Below are positions 49,248 to 61,781 of a DNA stretch of 64,000 nucleotides, piece by piece (within the stretch, counting starts at the first letter, position 1; the number at the start of each line of letters is the position of its first letter). Source of the DNA: Octopus vulgaris (lineage: Eukaryota). Location: assembly GCA_951406725.2 (NCBI GenBank), contig OX597827.1, forward strand, positions 54,932,001 to 54,996,000. The letters are read 5' to 3'. The translations under genes were made by a program, and so were the position numbers. Under the pieces are notes generated by a model. The model was not told where the DNA came from. It saw only the letters and a list, made by a program, of their open reading frames with translations, and searched no databases.

Positions 49248-50310
49248 ACTTTTAATCTGCATGTTTGTTGCAATCACTTGCCAAGACACACCCAGCATCC
49301 TATCTTTATTTAAGATGTTGCACAGTATCTAATATGATGTTGATTGAAGATATTGTGTCTACCGGGAGTTTGTACTATCTGTCAAGTCATCTCAGACAGA
49401 CAGTTCATGATGCAATATGCATGCAGTTCCAAGTAATGCTTATTTTTGCAATATGCCTAGATTGTAGGGTATTTCTAAAGTTTCCAGATATTTTTTTTCA
49501 GCCAGGGTGGTATTGAACCCAGTGCTCTGATGACAATAGGGACAACCTTTATGTTTGACTCTTGTAGCTGCCACATCTTAGCCATCTCAATTCTCAGGTC
49601 TACATATTTATCAATCTTTTCTCTTTCTTTCATGATAATATGTTGATCTCCTGGCACTGTTACATCAATTATTAGGCACTCTTGTTTGTCCCTCCTAAAG
49701 GTTACTATATCCTGTCAAAGTCCCAGAGGATTTTTGCCTTCCCTTTTTTGTCTTTTACTTTTCCCAGTGTATGTTGTTACCAAGCACCTGTTACCTCATA
49801 TCCATATTTCTGGCATAGTAGCCAGTGAAGGTTTTGGGCTACCTTGTTGAGTCTGCACTTGTATTCTTTCTGTGCAAGACTTTCACAAGCAGTAACAATG
49901 TGAGTCACACTTTTGACCCTCCTCTCACACATCTAGCAGAGGTTCGTTGCACTTATGTGGTATATATCCCTTCTCACTGAGTTGGTATTCAATGCCTGAT
50001 CCTGAGCAGCAATGATTAGGCTTTCAGTATTCTTTTTAGGTCACCCTTGCTGAGCCACTTCCTTGACACTTCCTGGTCTTTTAAGTTGTTAATTTCACAG
50101 TGGAACTGACCATGTAATTCCATGTGGAGTAGGGTTTCTTCTCTCTTGTTGGCTGTTCGTGATTAGTATTCACGAGCACTCTCAAGTCCAATTTTGGTAA
50201 ACCCTTCTGCATTAGCAGCATACTGTAGCTGGTCTCATTTGCTGTTTACCAAATATTTTGCCATGTTTCTTCTTTCACTGTCAATGCACTCCTGTACGCT
50301 AATCAGTCAA
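49248..50310 (-). mobile_element. R4/Dong-like non-LTR element 3' part (CCHC finger and restriction-like endonuclease)
   Basis: IDVTVPGDQHIIMKEREKIDKYVDL...VVPIVIRALG, with an upstream C..C...H....C motif. It ends at an (ATT)n tract. Confidence 0.8.
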
Positions 50311-51889
50311 AGTTTAAATGAGATATTGTAGGATCAAGTATGACAATAGTCACTGTTGTGTGTTTCTTGGAGTTAGTTGGTTATGCTGTATTCTCATTGT
50401 CATCACCACTGATGACAATGGTGTAATGGACACTGCTCTGGTGTCTAGTTTACTATCTGCTGCTACCTTCCATTAGTGGCTAAAATGTGTTAAATATAGA
50501 GCCAATGTCTTTTTCAGAAAAAGCTTACTGAAGATGAAATTGTTTATTAGATCTGGTTCCACTAGAAGTCTTAGATGGTCAGATTTTTTTTTGGGGGGGG
50601 GGGGGGGTTATGATATCAGTAATATTTGAGCAAATCACATTTGATTTACTTAGTTGGGTTTTTTTTTTGTTTTTGTTTGTTTTGTTTTTTTATTCATCAG
50701 ATACTGTGATCTGCGTTTGATTTGTATGTTTTGACATTGCCAAATATTCCTGCTACATATCCTTAACACCAAGAACATAATGCAATGCATTATTACACAG
50801 TTTAGACTAAGCTATACTGTTCCAAATACAAAGTATGAGGCTCAGTGCCACACAACACTTATAAGACCATTGGCATTTTGAAATGTTCCACTAATCTGTT
50901 GGCTACTATTTTAGACTATGCTGTATTACGTAATCTAACATATTTTCCTTATACCATTTTACATAAGAATACCAAGTAAATGTGTGTTTTCTATCAATAA
51001 TCTCTGTAATTTCTGGGTCATACTCTTCAACTCTAAAAGGAAGAAGAAAGAAAGATAGAAAAAGCAGAACAGTTCATTTATTCAACTCTTGTTTACAAGT
51101 TGTTTTTCCAACACGCATTTAACATTCTAAACTAAATACATGTTACTTATGTTTTCAATTAATTTAAATATAATTAATTAGAAAGTTATGTACACCATTT
51201 AAAGAAAATAATAATAATAAAAAAGAACTTCCTGTGTAGCTCTGAGAGTGGAATGCCTTATAATATGGTATGTAGAATTCAGGGAGCTTTGTTGTAGATT
51301 CAGATAGCTGTTATTTTAAACTACTTTTTTCATTCATTCATATTTTCTGTTATCCATTCAGCTTCTTCAAGTTAACTAGAAAGCAAAAAGTGGAAATCTG
51401 TTATTGTTGAACACAATACACCTTTTATTAATATATTTATAAACAAAATAAAATTCTTATCTCAAAGAGAATGTTAAAATATATGCATTAATTAGACTAC
51501 ACTGAGGAACAAATTAAGAAAAGCTTTTTGGAGCTTCAGATGTTAGACCCAATTCTAGGTATATTTATGTCAGTGAATAAGAAAGTGAGCTTCATTTTTT
51601 TCTAGCAGCTCTAGTTTTTGAGATAATGCACTTATCATTAAACGCAACAAATATGGATCAATCCTGACAAGTCACTCAACTAAGAACTGAGCAGCAGGAA
51701 ATAGTCATCCTGGTCACAATTACCAGTGACTAATGTGTGGATCTTAAGATGGTGAACTTTCTCCTGGGTCACCAGAGTGGATACACCAAGCTTCCCTGCT
51801 CTAGCTGTTTCTGGAATAGTAGATCTAAGGATGAACACTGAGTGGAGGGCTTTGCTGATACAATTACAAATGGGGTATGTAGCTAATAC

Positions 51890-52160
51890 CCATCCGTCCA
51901 TTTTTTTTTTCACCCCCTATTCCTGGCAGGGTCATGGGGTAGAACCCTCAAGCACCTTCTCCATAGGGTCCTATCAGAAGCAACTGTCATTAGATTTTCC
52001 AGCTGGATTCCCAAGCATGACCAACTGAGATTATGGATAATATCCAACCACCTAATCGTTAGTCTACCCCTAGATCTCCTACCAGTTGATTCAGCTTGAA
52101 GAATCTGTCTTGCAATTCTTTCCTGCAATATTTCATCATATGGCTGTAGTATAAGAACCA
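51890..52160 (-). mobile_element. RTE-like LINE 3' end
   Basis: ERIARQIL...GRRSRGRLTIRWLD...DRTLWR, with a (GATG)-type tail. Confidence 0.7.
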
Positions 52161-52189
52161 TAACCTCTCAATGTGGAGAAATAGCAAAT

Positions 52190-52810
52190 GAGAAACCAAT
52201 GGCCTCTTAAGAGAATACATAGTCATTGGAGAAAAGAATGTAATTTCAGAACCCTTGGTTGATGGAGATAAGATCATTTTGCTACCACTTCAAATTGAAT
52301 TGGGTTTAATGAAATAGTTCATTAAAGCTTTGAACGAAGACAGGGATTGCTTTGACTACATATGCAGAAAATTTCCAGTGCTGAGCTGAAGACAGGTATT
52401 TTTGATGAGCCACAAGCAAGGGAACTCATGAAAGATCCACACTTCCAAGATTCAATGAGCAATGCTGAGGCACATGCATGGTCTTCATTCACTCTGGTTG
52501 TAAGAAATTCTCTTGGAAATCATAAAGGAAATAACTACTCTGAACTAGTGGAGAATATTCTCTTTTCTTTCTGTCAACTTTGCTGTAATATAAGAATTAG
52601 AGTGCTTTACTTCCAAAGCCACTGGGATCATTTCTTAACCTTGGTAACCTAAGTGATGAGCAGTGTGAACAACTTTACAAAAATTTAACAACTATAGAAG
52701 AAAGATACCGGGGATAGTGGGATACCCATATGATGGTGGATTACTGCTGGACCATTCAACAGGATTGTTATGGGGGCAGCTCATTACAAAAAACCTCTGA
52801 AATGCCACTT
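52190..52810 (+). mobile_element. Decayed Chapaev3-like (RAG/Transib-related) transposase
   Basis: Frameshifted motifs PLQIELGLMK*FIKAL, GIFDEPQAR, LGNHK, YFQSHWDHF, NLGNLSDEQCE, MMVDYCW. The family name is from recollection of these motifs. Confidence 0.65.
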
Positions 52811-53412
52811 TCATGAGATGTAAATGAACATTATATTAATTATTTTCTATGCTTGTTTCACTATTAACCAATTTTATGGATGTAGTTTAATCGTAAATAA
52901 CCATATTCTTGTATGAAACATTTAAAAAATTTTATTTTATCCAAGCGGTAACAATAATGATTTGTAGTCATCAATCTTTGTGCTTGATTGATAGGCTGCA
53001 TAGTAATTAGAGGCATAACAATTACAAATGGGGTGTGTAGCTAATACCCATCCATCCATTTTTTCACCCCTATTCCTGGTAGGGTCATGGGTGTAGAGCC
53101 ATAAGAAGCAACTGTCATTAGACTTTCCAGCAAGATTCCAAAGAACTGATGGAGAATAAACTGAAGGTATATTTAGAATCAGTATCCAAAAGTTACCTCA
53201 AAATAAGTTTATCTTGGGCACCAAGTTCTGTGTTCCCCCCATCACATCATTTGTGTTTCTACTTACCCCATATGTCAATCTGCATAATCTCCACTTGCCT
53301 TTGAGTGCCATCTTGAATGCATGCATACATGTACACACACACACAATATATATGCATATCAGTTAAGAGAAATTTTCAGGTGTAATATATACCGGTCAAA
53401 ATTCAGATATAT

Positions 53413-53655
53413 TTATAATAATAATAATGAAATTATTGTATACAGTGCTCAGGTGCACCACAACTTGTCAGAAAGTGTGTATAGAGTATATGCAGTAATG
53501 TACAAATGTCTGGAAAGTGAACAGTGTATGAGTCAGATATATGCTTGCGTGTGTATGGAGGGGGGAAAATCAGGTGTAGTGTTGGCGAATCTCAGAAAGC
53601 ATGGAAGTTTTGAAGGATGCAGTGCTCCGACAACTAACTACTGATGCCGGCAGTT
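53413..53655 (-). mobile_element. CR1-like LINE 3' end (shorter copy at 56447-56510)
   Basis: Minus strand reads LPASVVSCRSTASFKTS...*, followed by a 3' UTR with an (ATT)n tail. Confidence 0.65.
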
Positions 53656-54837
53656 ACGAGCCTAATGAATACATATTAATTTAGAAATGACTCATCTCAG
53701 AAGTACAAACATTGGATGTGTTTGCAATTTCATATATGTATGTATGTGTTATGTATATGAATATAATCATTAAGAGTTGAGTGAACTCAGACTATAATAA
53801 ATTCAGACACATGTCGAGTGGCTGTTGTGCTATCATTTCACATAATAATTGTCACAACCCTCATCAATATCAATCAATATGATTGTCTTTATGATCATCA
53901 TCATGATCAACAATATTGTTATCAATGGAATGTGGACTTCACAAGCCACTGTGCTAACAAACACTCTAGGCAAGAATATATTGAGGCCAGCCCTTATATC
54001 TATTTCTTTATTACCCACAAGGGGCTAAACACAGAGGGAACAAACAAGGACAGACATAGGTATTAAGTCGATTACATCGATGCCAGTTCGTAACTGGTAC
54101 TTAATTTATCGACCCCGAAAGGATGAAAGGCAAAGTTGACCCTGGCGGAATTTGAACTCACAACGTAACGCAGACGAAATACCGCTAAGCATTTCGCCCG
54201 GCGTGCTAACGTTTCTGCCAGCTCGCCGGTCCAATAATGGTGATCTGCCCTCAACCTTTCCATTGTTTCAATGACAAGACATTAAGACAAAATAATATCT
54301 GAATGTGAAATAATAGACTGATAATTGAATTTTTGTCTTGACGAAATCACATCCATATTGAATTAATTATTCATGTTTTCTGTTATTCAGTTTTTTTCAG
54401 GTAAACTAGAAACTAGAAAATTTATTATTGCTTAACAGAATTCAGTTTTTATTAGTATGTTTTGTAAGAAAAATAAATATTAAAATATGTTAGGTGTTAG
54501 GAAGGGCATCCAGCCATAGATACCATGCCAAATCAGACTGGAACCTGGTGCAGCTCTCTGCATGCTAGCGTGGAAAGCTGACATTAAATGATGATGATAA
54601 TGCATTAATTAAGCTGTTAATCATATCATCTGGCACCTGTGCCAGTGGAACATGAACAAAACATTCGAGCAAGGTCATTGCCAGTGCCGCTGGACTGACT
54701 CCTGTGCATGTGGTACGTAAAAAACACCATTTGAGCATGGCCATTGCCAGTACCGCCAGACTGGCCCTCGTGCCGGTGACATGTAAAAGCACCCACTACA
54801 CTTTCAGAAAGGTATCCAGCTGTAGAAACTCTGCCAG

Positions 54838-54935
54838 ATCAGATTGGAGCCTGGTACAGCCATCTGGTTCACCAGTCCTCAGTCAAATCGTCCAACCCAT
54901 GCTAGCATGGAAAGCGGACGTTAAACGATGATGAC

Positions 54936-54970
<35 letters not shown>

Positions 54971-55090
54971 CGACGCCGACATCATCATCATCATCATCAT
55001 CGTTTAACGTCCGCTTTCCATGCTAGCATGGGTTGGACGATTTGACTGAGGACTGGTGAACCAGATGGCTGCACCAGGCTCCAATCCGAT
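54838..55090. repeat. ~110-bp near-perfect inverted repeat formed by two tail-to-tail RTE-type 3' ends
   Basis: 54838-54948 pairs with 54980-55090, with 3 mismatches and a 31-nt loop. Confidence 0.95.
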
Positions 55091-57053
55091 GACGACGACG
55101 ATGTGTATAAGCATTAATTTATGTGTATGTGTAGTCAGACTTGAACTTTCAAAGATTTATTGCAACAGCTTCAATGTACTTATTATCCACAAGTTCAGAA
55201 TATAATTAAGTCAGGCACATGACTAGTAAATGTTGTTATAACACCATTTCACATAATTGTCACAATACTCATCAATATCAATTGATGGCAAGCTGAGAGA
55301 ATTATTAACATGCCAGGCACAATGGTTAGTAGCATTTTGTCCATCTTTACATTCTGAGTACAAATGCCATCAAGGTCAACTTTGCCTTTCATCCTTTCAG
55401 GGTTGATAATATAAGTACCAGTTGATTACTGGAGTTGATGTAATCGATTTACCCCCATCCTCAGAATCACTGGCCTTGTGCCAAAATTTGGAATGAACAG
55501 CATTGTCTTTATGAGGATCATCATTGGAATTGTCATTGTTTTGTTGTCAATGGGATGTGGACTTCACAAGCCACTATGCAAGCAACCTCTCTCTAAAGAG
55601 TAACTGACTGAGGTCAAATGCTTATGATACCCATGATGTGTATAATACATATATCCTGGAAAATAACTTTCCAAATATAAGACAGATCACATATTACTAA
55701 TGAAAACAATTTTAAAATTAACAATTTTGTAAGGATTTAACTATAAGACACCCTTCTTCTCACCTTTTTTGTAAGAACACCTTTTGAAATAATACTTTTT
55801 ATTCAAGTCAGAAAGGGGTTTTTTTTTCCCTACTTTTCTTGTTCTTTCCCATCTTGCAAATTATCTAAGCACCCAGTAAGAGTACTAACTGTAGAGAAAT
55901 TGGTATTAGGAAGGGCCTCCAGCCATAGAAACCATGCTGAAGTTAATGTGGAGCATGATGCAGCCATGTGGTTCATCAGATGCTGTCAAACCATCCAACC
56001 CATACCAGCCTGGAAAATGAACATTAAATGATTATGCAATTTCTCTAATATTCATTCACTTGCCAATGTAGACCACAACAGCTTTCTTTGGATTTTACTG
56101 TTTAATAATTGACAAGTTTAGGGAAATTCTTAAGACCTTCATAGGTCGTTTTTGCCTTGGTTTTTGGTCTGAACAGAGAGTAAGGAGTGTACTATCGATG
56201 AGACCTGATTTAATCAAGAACTTTTGTATATTACCTGCCAATCTCATTAGACACCTTATTTAGAGGAACACTAATATCCACTTACAATTAAGCAAAACTA
56301 TCTTTAACTCTTAGCATTTAAATTGGCCATATCCAGCCCAAATATTCTACCTGTTTCATGTTGAAACTGGCCAGATTCACCCTCACACACCTACTCTATA
56401 ATGTCATTCTAAAAATAAACAATTACATCTTCAAAACATTATAAAAATAATAATAATGAAATTATTGTATACAGTGCTCAGGTGCACCACAACTTGTCAG
56501 AAAGTGCGTATTATATGGTTAACTTTAAAAAGTGTGGATAAATAAGCATTGTATTTGATAAATTAATCTGAATGTTAGAGTTTAATCTATTCCTATAATA
56601 AAGGGATTGCTGTTTAGTCTCAGGTCAGCTTTGATCAAGCAGTTCTGAGATTAAAGACATTCTAACGAAGACCATCCCATCTTACAGAAGTCTTGTAGAT
56701 TGTTTGTTTAGGTACTATGTAGATTTTTGTATAGTCTCCCACATACATTCCAAAACATTTTATCAACTCCAATGGGATGAAAAGCAAAATTGATCCTGAT
56801 AACATTTTAAACTAGGAACTGTGAGACATTGCTTAGTTTATTCATTTGTTTTATATCCATTTTACCATGCTAGTATAAGTTGGACTGAGACTTATTTTGA
56901 GGCAGTATTTTTATGACCAGATGCCATTCCTTTTCTTAATTGCTACCGGTTTTCCAAGTAGGCAATATAATTTTATTCCACTGGCATTCAAAAGCATACA
57001 GATGCAAGACATTGTTTACAGAGAATGTAAAGTTAAAATGGATGTTAAACGAA

Positions 57054-57290
57054 ATGATGATGATGAGGATGATTATGATGATGGCGGTTGTGATGATGAT
57101 CATGATGATGATGATGGAGGTGATGATGACGATGATGATGATCATCATCATCATCATCATCATGGAGGTAGTGGTGGCGATGATGATTATGATGATCATG
57201 ATGATGGAGGTGATGATGATCATAATCATGATGGAGGTGGTGGTGATGATGATGATGATGGAGGTGGTGATAGTGATGATGATGATGTTG
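57054..57290. repeat. Expanded (GAT/GGT/CAT)n triplet tract, the tail of an RTE-type repeat
   Basis: Directly follows aatggatgttaaacg. Confidence 0.95.
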
Positions 57291-57587
57291 TGAATATAAC
57301 ATCACCATATTCTGCAAAGGCATGGAATATCGACACACACATGCACACTTGTACAATGGGCTTCCATACATTTCTGTTTAACAATTCTACTCCCAAGGAC
57401 ATTGTCATTAGTAGAAGACACTGGTCCAAAGTGCCAAGTAGTGTAACAGAACCCCCTAAAAAATATGAAACATGGTTATGAAGCAAACTTTGCATCCTTG
57501 CAGCCATATCTGTACATCTACTCCAGTGGTTCTTAACCAGGGTCCATATAACCCTTGGGAGCCCATATAAGATTTTGTTATATAAAA

Positions 57588-58085
57588 TTTATGGATAAGG
57601 ACAGTTGCATAAAGAAGTGCCAAGCTCTAACTGTGGAGGGTACATGTGGAAGGGGTAGACTCAGGAAGACGTGGGACAAAGTGGTGAGAAAGGATCTTTG
57701 GATGCTGGGCTTCACTGAGGAAATGACAGAGGACAGAGAGATATGGCGATTTGCTGTACTTAAGACACATCAGCCTAAGTAAAATCCCTGTCTTACACAC
57801 ATACAGGCTTGTTCTTCCAGGTGCCAGTACCACTTAAAAAGCACCTGTGCTGGTATTGCGTTAACACACCTGTGCTGGTGCTGCATAAATGCACCCGTGC
57901 CAGTGTTGCATATAATGCACCCAGCACACCCTGTTGAGTGGTTGGCATTAGGAAGGGCATCCAGCCATAGAAACCATGCCACAACAGGCAATTGGAATCT
58001 TGACACCGCCTTGCTAGCCACCTCCATGTCAAACTATCCAACCCATGCCAGCATGGAAAGCAGACATTAAGCGATGATGATGATG
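57588..58085 (+). mobile_element. RTE-like LINE 3' end and UTR
   Basis: MDKDSCIKKC...GRGRLRKTW...DREIWRFAV, with a (GAT)n tail. Confidence 0.8.
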
Positions 58086-58104
58086 TACAATAAACTCTCT
58101 CTTT

Positions 58105-58323
58105 TGCTCTCTTTACTTGTTTCAGTCATTTGACTGCGGCCATGCTGGAGCACTGCCTTTAGGTCAAGCAAATCGACCCCAGGACTTATTCTTTGTAAGC
58201 CTAGTACTTATTCTATCGGTCTCTTTTGCCAAACCGCTAAGTTACGGGGACGTAAACACACCACCATTGGTTGTCAAGCAATGTTAGGGGGACAAACACA
58301 GACACACAAACATCTACACACAC

Positions 58324-58371
<48 letters not shown>

Positions 58372-58535
58372 GATGGGCTTCTTTCAGTTTCCATCTACCA
58401 ATTCCACTCACAAGGCTTTGGTCTGCCCAAGGCTATAGTAGAAGACACTTGCCCAAGGTGCCATGCAGTGGGGATGAACCCGGAACTACGTGGTTGGTAA
58501 GCAAGCTACTTACCACACAGCCACTCCTGCACCTA
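58105..58535 (-). mobile_element. SINE A, young
   Basis: Near-consensus, with many CpGs retained. Confidence 0.9.
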
Positions 58536-58904
58536 TTGGTCACATTTCTACAATATTATTGCATATTATACACAAGGTTTAGGTTTTTCAGAGGTACAGC
58601 CCCCTAAAAATCCCCTGCGTATTATACTCAAGGGCAGACTGTACTTGAGGATTTACAGTATGTACGAGGTAACTGTTAATTTTTAGAATGGCATTGTTGG
58701 TTTGGTGTGAGAGACCAGATCTGATGAGTTTGAACACAGAACAGGTAGAATAATTTGACTGGATATGGCTGGTTTAAATGCTAAAGGGTTAAATTTTATG
58801 GAAGACTCAACTTTTGCATATAGAACAGGAATTTTTTTTTTTATGTGCATCTTATATGCTATCAAATGGATTGATTATCTCTAACTGATGTCCTTTATAT
58901 TAAA

Positions 58905-59283
58905 CTAGCAGTATCGCCCGGCGTTGCTCGGGTTTGTAAGGGAAATAACTATATAAGCATTTTTAGAGAGTTATAGCCAAAAAATAGCAAAAAAATGCAT
59001 TAAAAATGGAAAAAAAGTTATGGTAAATTTTTTTTAAATCGTTGACTCATCGTAGACATTTTAGAGAGTTACTTCCCTTATATAATAGCGAAAAAATGCA
59101 TTAAAATGGAAAAAATGATGGTAAATTTTTTTTTAAATCGTAGACTCATCGTAGACGCGCGCTAATACCCAGAAGGGCTCAATATGAATAACGACTATAA
59201 GATACTGCACCGCAAAATGTGGGAGTAGTTAGGAATCTAAATCGTAGGAGACAGACACACAACTTCTCCTTTATATATAAAGA
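58905..59283 (-). mobile_element. Non-autonomous Helitron, copy 1
   Basis: Minus strand runs 5'-TC...hairpin CCCGAGCAACGCCGGG...CTAG-3', inserted between A and T with no TSD. Confidence 0.85.
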
Positions 59284-59470
59284 TAATACAAGACGCCATA
59301 TTGCCCAAGTCACCACGGAAAAGATTATGGCACAAAATATGAAAATCTTTGTCTCATCCTCCTTATTTGCCTGACCTTGCTACATCTGACTGTCATCTTT
59401 TCGGGTCATTCCAACATTATTTTGAGGAAAACAGTTTATTAATCGCGAAGAGGTTAGAAATTATATTGAA
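59284..59470 (+). mobile_element. mariner transposase remnant between the Helitrons
   Basis: Reads NTRRHIAQVT...SHPPYLPDLATSDCHLF, a decayed HPPYSPDLAPSDYHLF motif. A possible TIR start (TACGAGG) lies at 58663. Confidence 0.8.
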
Positions 59471-59983
59471 CTAGCAGTATCGCCCGGCGTTGCTCGGGTT
59501 TGTAAGGGAAATAACTATATAAGCATTTTTAGAGAGTTACTTCCCTTATAGATGCCAATTCGGGCTTTCTTAGCCATTTCTGTTTTGGTGTCTTCAAGCC
59601 ATGAAGTCGTTGTTCTAAAAGAACGCTGGTCTTCTTGACAACGCTTTACGATGTTGATTTCCTTACACTCCCTTCCCCACAGCTTCTCGAGGGAGGGAAG
59701 AAGGGGGAGAAGCAAACAGGTGCATGTGTGATCATGGACGCCAACTCCGCCGCCATCGACACACAAAAAATTATGCATTAAAATGGAATAAAAAATGATG
59801 TTAAATTATTTTTAAAATCGTAGACTCATCGTAGACGCGCGCTAATACTCAGACGGGTTCGATATGAATCACAACTATAAGATACCCGAATTTGGTTAAA
59901 CTGCACCGCAAAATGTGGGAGTAGTTAGGAATCTAAATCAAAGGGGACAGACACTCACACAACTACAGTTTTATATATATAGA
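59471..59983 (-). mobile_element. Non-autonomous Helitron, copy 2, with a different internal segment
   Basis: Same termini as copy 1, with an extra GC-richer segment at about 59550-59770. Confidence 0.85.
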
Positions 59984-60755
59984 TGTTTCATAGTTGTATG
60001 CTTACCACTAATTTTGCAACATTAAAAAAAAAATAAAACGTTATGGAGCATTGTCCTGTCTGAGTAGAAAATGTCTTTTAACTTTTATTTGTTTCGGTCA
60101 TTACACTGAGAATTTTTCAGTTGAATGAATTGACCCCAATACTTATTTTTCCTTAACTCTGGTACTTAATCTGTCAGTCTCTTTTGCTGAACTGCTAAGT
60201 TATAGGGACATATACACACCAACACCAGTTGTCAAGCAGTGGTTGGAGACAATCACAGACACAGAGACATCAACAGTCATACACAGACACGGAGACATAC
60301 ACATATATGTATGTATACATACACACACACACAACAGACTTCTTTCCACTCACAAGGCTTTGGTCAGCCCAAGGTTCAAGTAGAAGAAACTTGCCCAAAG
60401 TGCCATGCAATGGAACTGAACTTGGAATCATGGTTTTGAAGCAAACTTCTTACCACACAGTCATGCCTATGCTTCTGACTTTTTGATATGATTTTTTGTT
60501 TTTCTAATCTTGTAAAGCCTTTGTGAGAACTTGAACTCCCTCAGTGCTGCAAAGTAATGAAATGCTCACCTGTTACAGACATACAAAACCCTTGCCAACT
60601 CGTGAACAGAATTTCTATCGCCCCCTTGAAGTACAATTTTTCATTGCTAAATGGCATCTTCCACTGCGTGTCTGGTACCTTTAAGAAGATCAAGGGGTTG
60701 AAATAATAGTAGGTTATGAATTATAAACATTACATAATTGACTAAATAATATACC

Positions 60756-60987
60756 TATTTCTTTACTACCCATAAGGGGCTAAACACAGAGGACAAACAA
60801 GGACAGACAAACAGATTAAGTCGGTTATATCGACCCCAGTGCGTAACTGGTACTTATTTAATCGACCCCAAAAGGATGAAAGGTAAAGTCGACCTTGGCA
60901 GAATTTGAACTCAGAACGTAGTGGCAGACGAAATACCGCTAAGCATTTCGTCCGGCATGCTAATGTTTCTGCCAGCTCGCCACCATA
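60756..60987 (-). mobile_element. SINE B with a 20-bp TSD (other copies at ~335, 5480, 39265, 39460, 48787, 49003, 53995, 55288, 61017, 62746)
   Basis: TSD aattgactaaataatatacc at 60736-60755 and 60988-61007. Confidence 0.9.
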
Positions 60988-61781
60988 AATTGACTAAATA
61001 ATATACCATTAATTTAAGGTGACAAGCTGGCGGAATTGTTAGCAGGCTAGGCAAATTTCTTAGTAGCATTTGGTTTGGCTTTACGTTCTGAGTTCAAATT
61101 CTGCTGAGGTCAACTTTACCTTTCATCCTTTCAGGGCCAATAAAATAAGTACTAGCCAAGAACTGGGATCAGTGTAATTGATTTACCCATTTCCCCAAAA
61201 TTGCTGGCCTTGTGTCAAAATCTGAAACCAATATAACATATTAATTCAACTACAGCTGCTATGTTGTACCTTTAAACCAGATACATTACTTCCTTGTACT
61301 TAATGTATATAAAGAGACACAACTGTTGCTTTACAGTCAATGAGTTAGTCATAGAAAGGGTATTATGGTGTAACCTTGTTACAGAGAACAGGTGATATGG
61401 TCTAAAAATCCCAGTATCACAAATGATATAATGCAACTGAGTTTTCCATCCCTGTACCTTTCCATTCACTAATTGTGTTTCTGTGGCTAACCTCTCAGCT
61501 TCTAACTTAGCTTTTAATCTATTGTACAAGTAGTTTCCCCTTGATTGATTTGAGAAAGTGAACTGTTTTCTTCCGTTAGAATCGTTTGTAACAATATACT
61601 TTTCTATCTTGCCCTGTGTGGCTAATAAAGAAACATATCTTCCCTTTCTACAAATATTTTGAGAGTGGGTGCTTAGGGGCATTTTTTCCCATAATCACAT
61701 TCTTTGTACCCTTTTTGTTTTTTTTAATCCTTATGTTTAGTTCTGTATTTCTGTCTGTATTATAATACAAACATTAATAGT

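Noticed and set aside
56897-57507. Asp/His/Gly-rich 194-aa ORF resembling a metal-binding or beak protein
   Set aside because: It is the expanded triplet tail of an RTE-type repeat, flanked by repeat sequence and open in several frames.
61272-61682. 136-aa minus-strand ORF
   Set aside because: No family resemblance, antisense within an intron, and plausible by chance.
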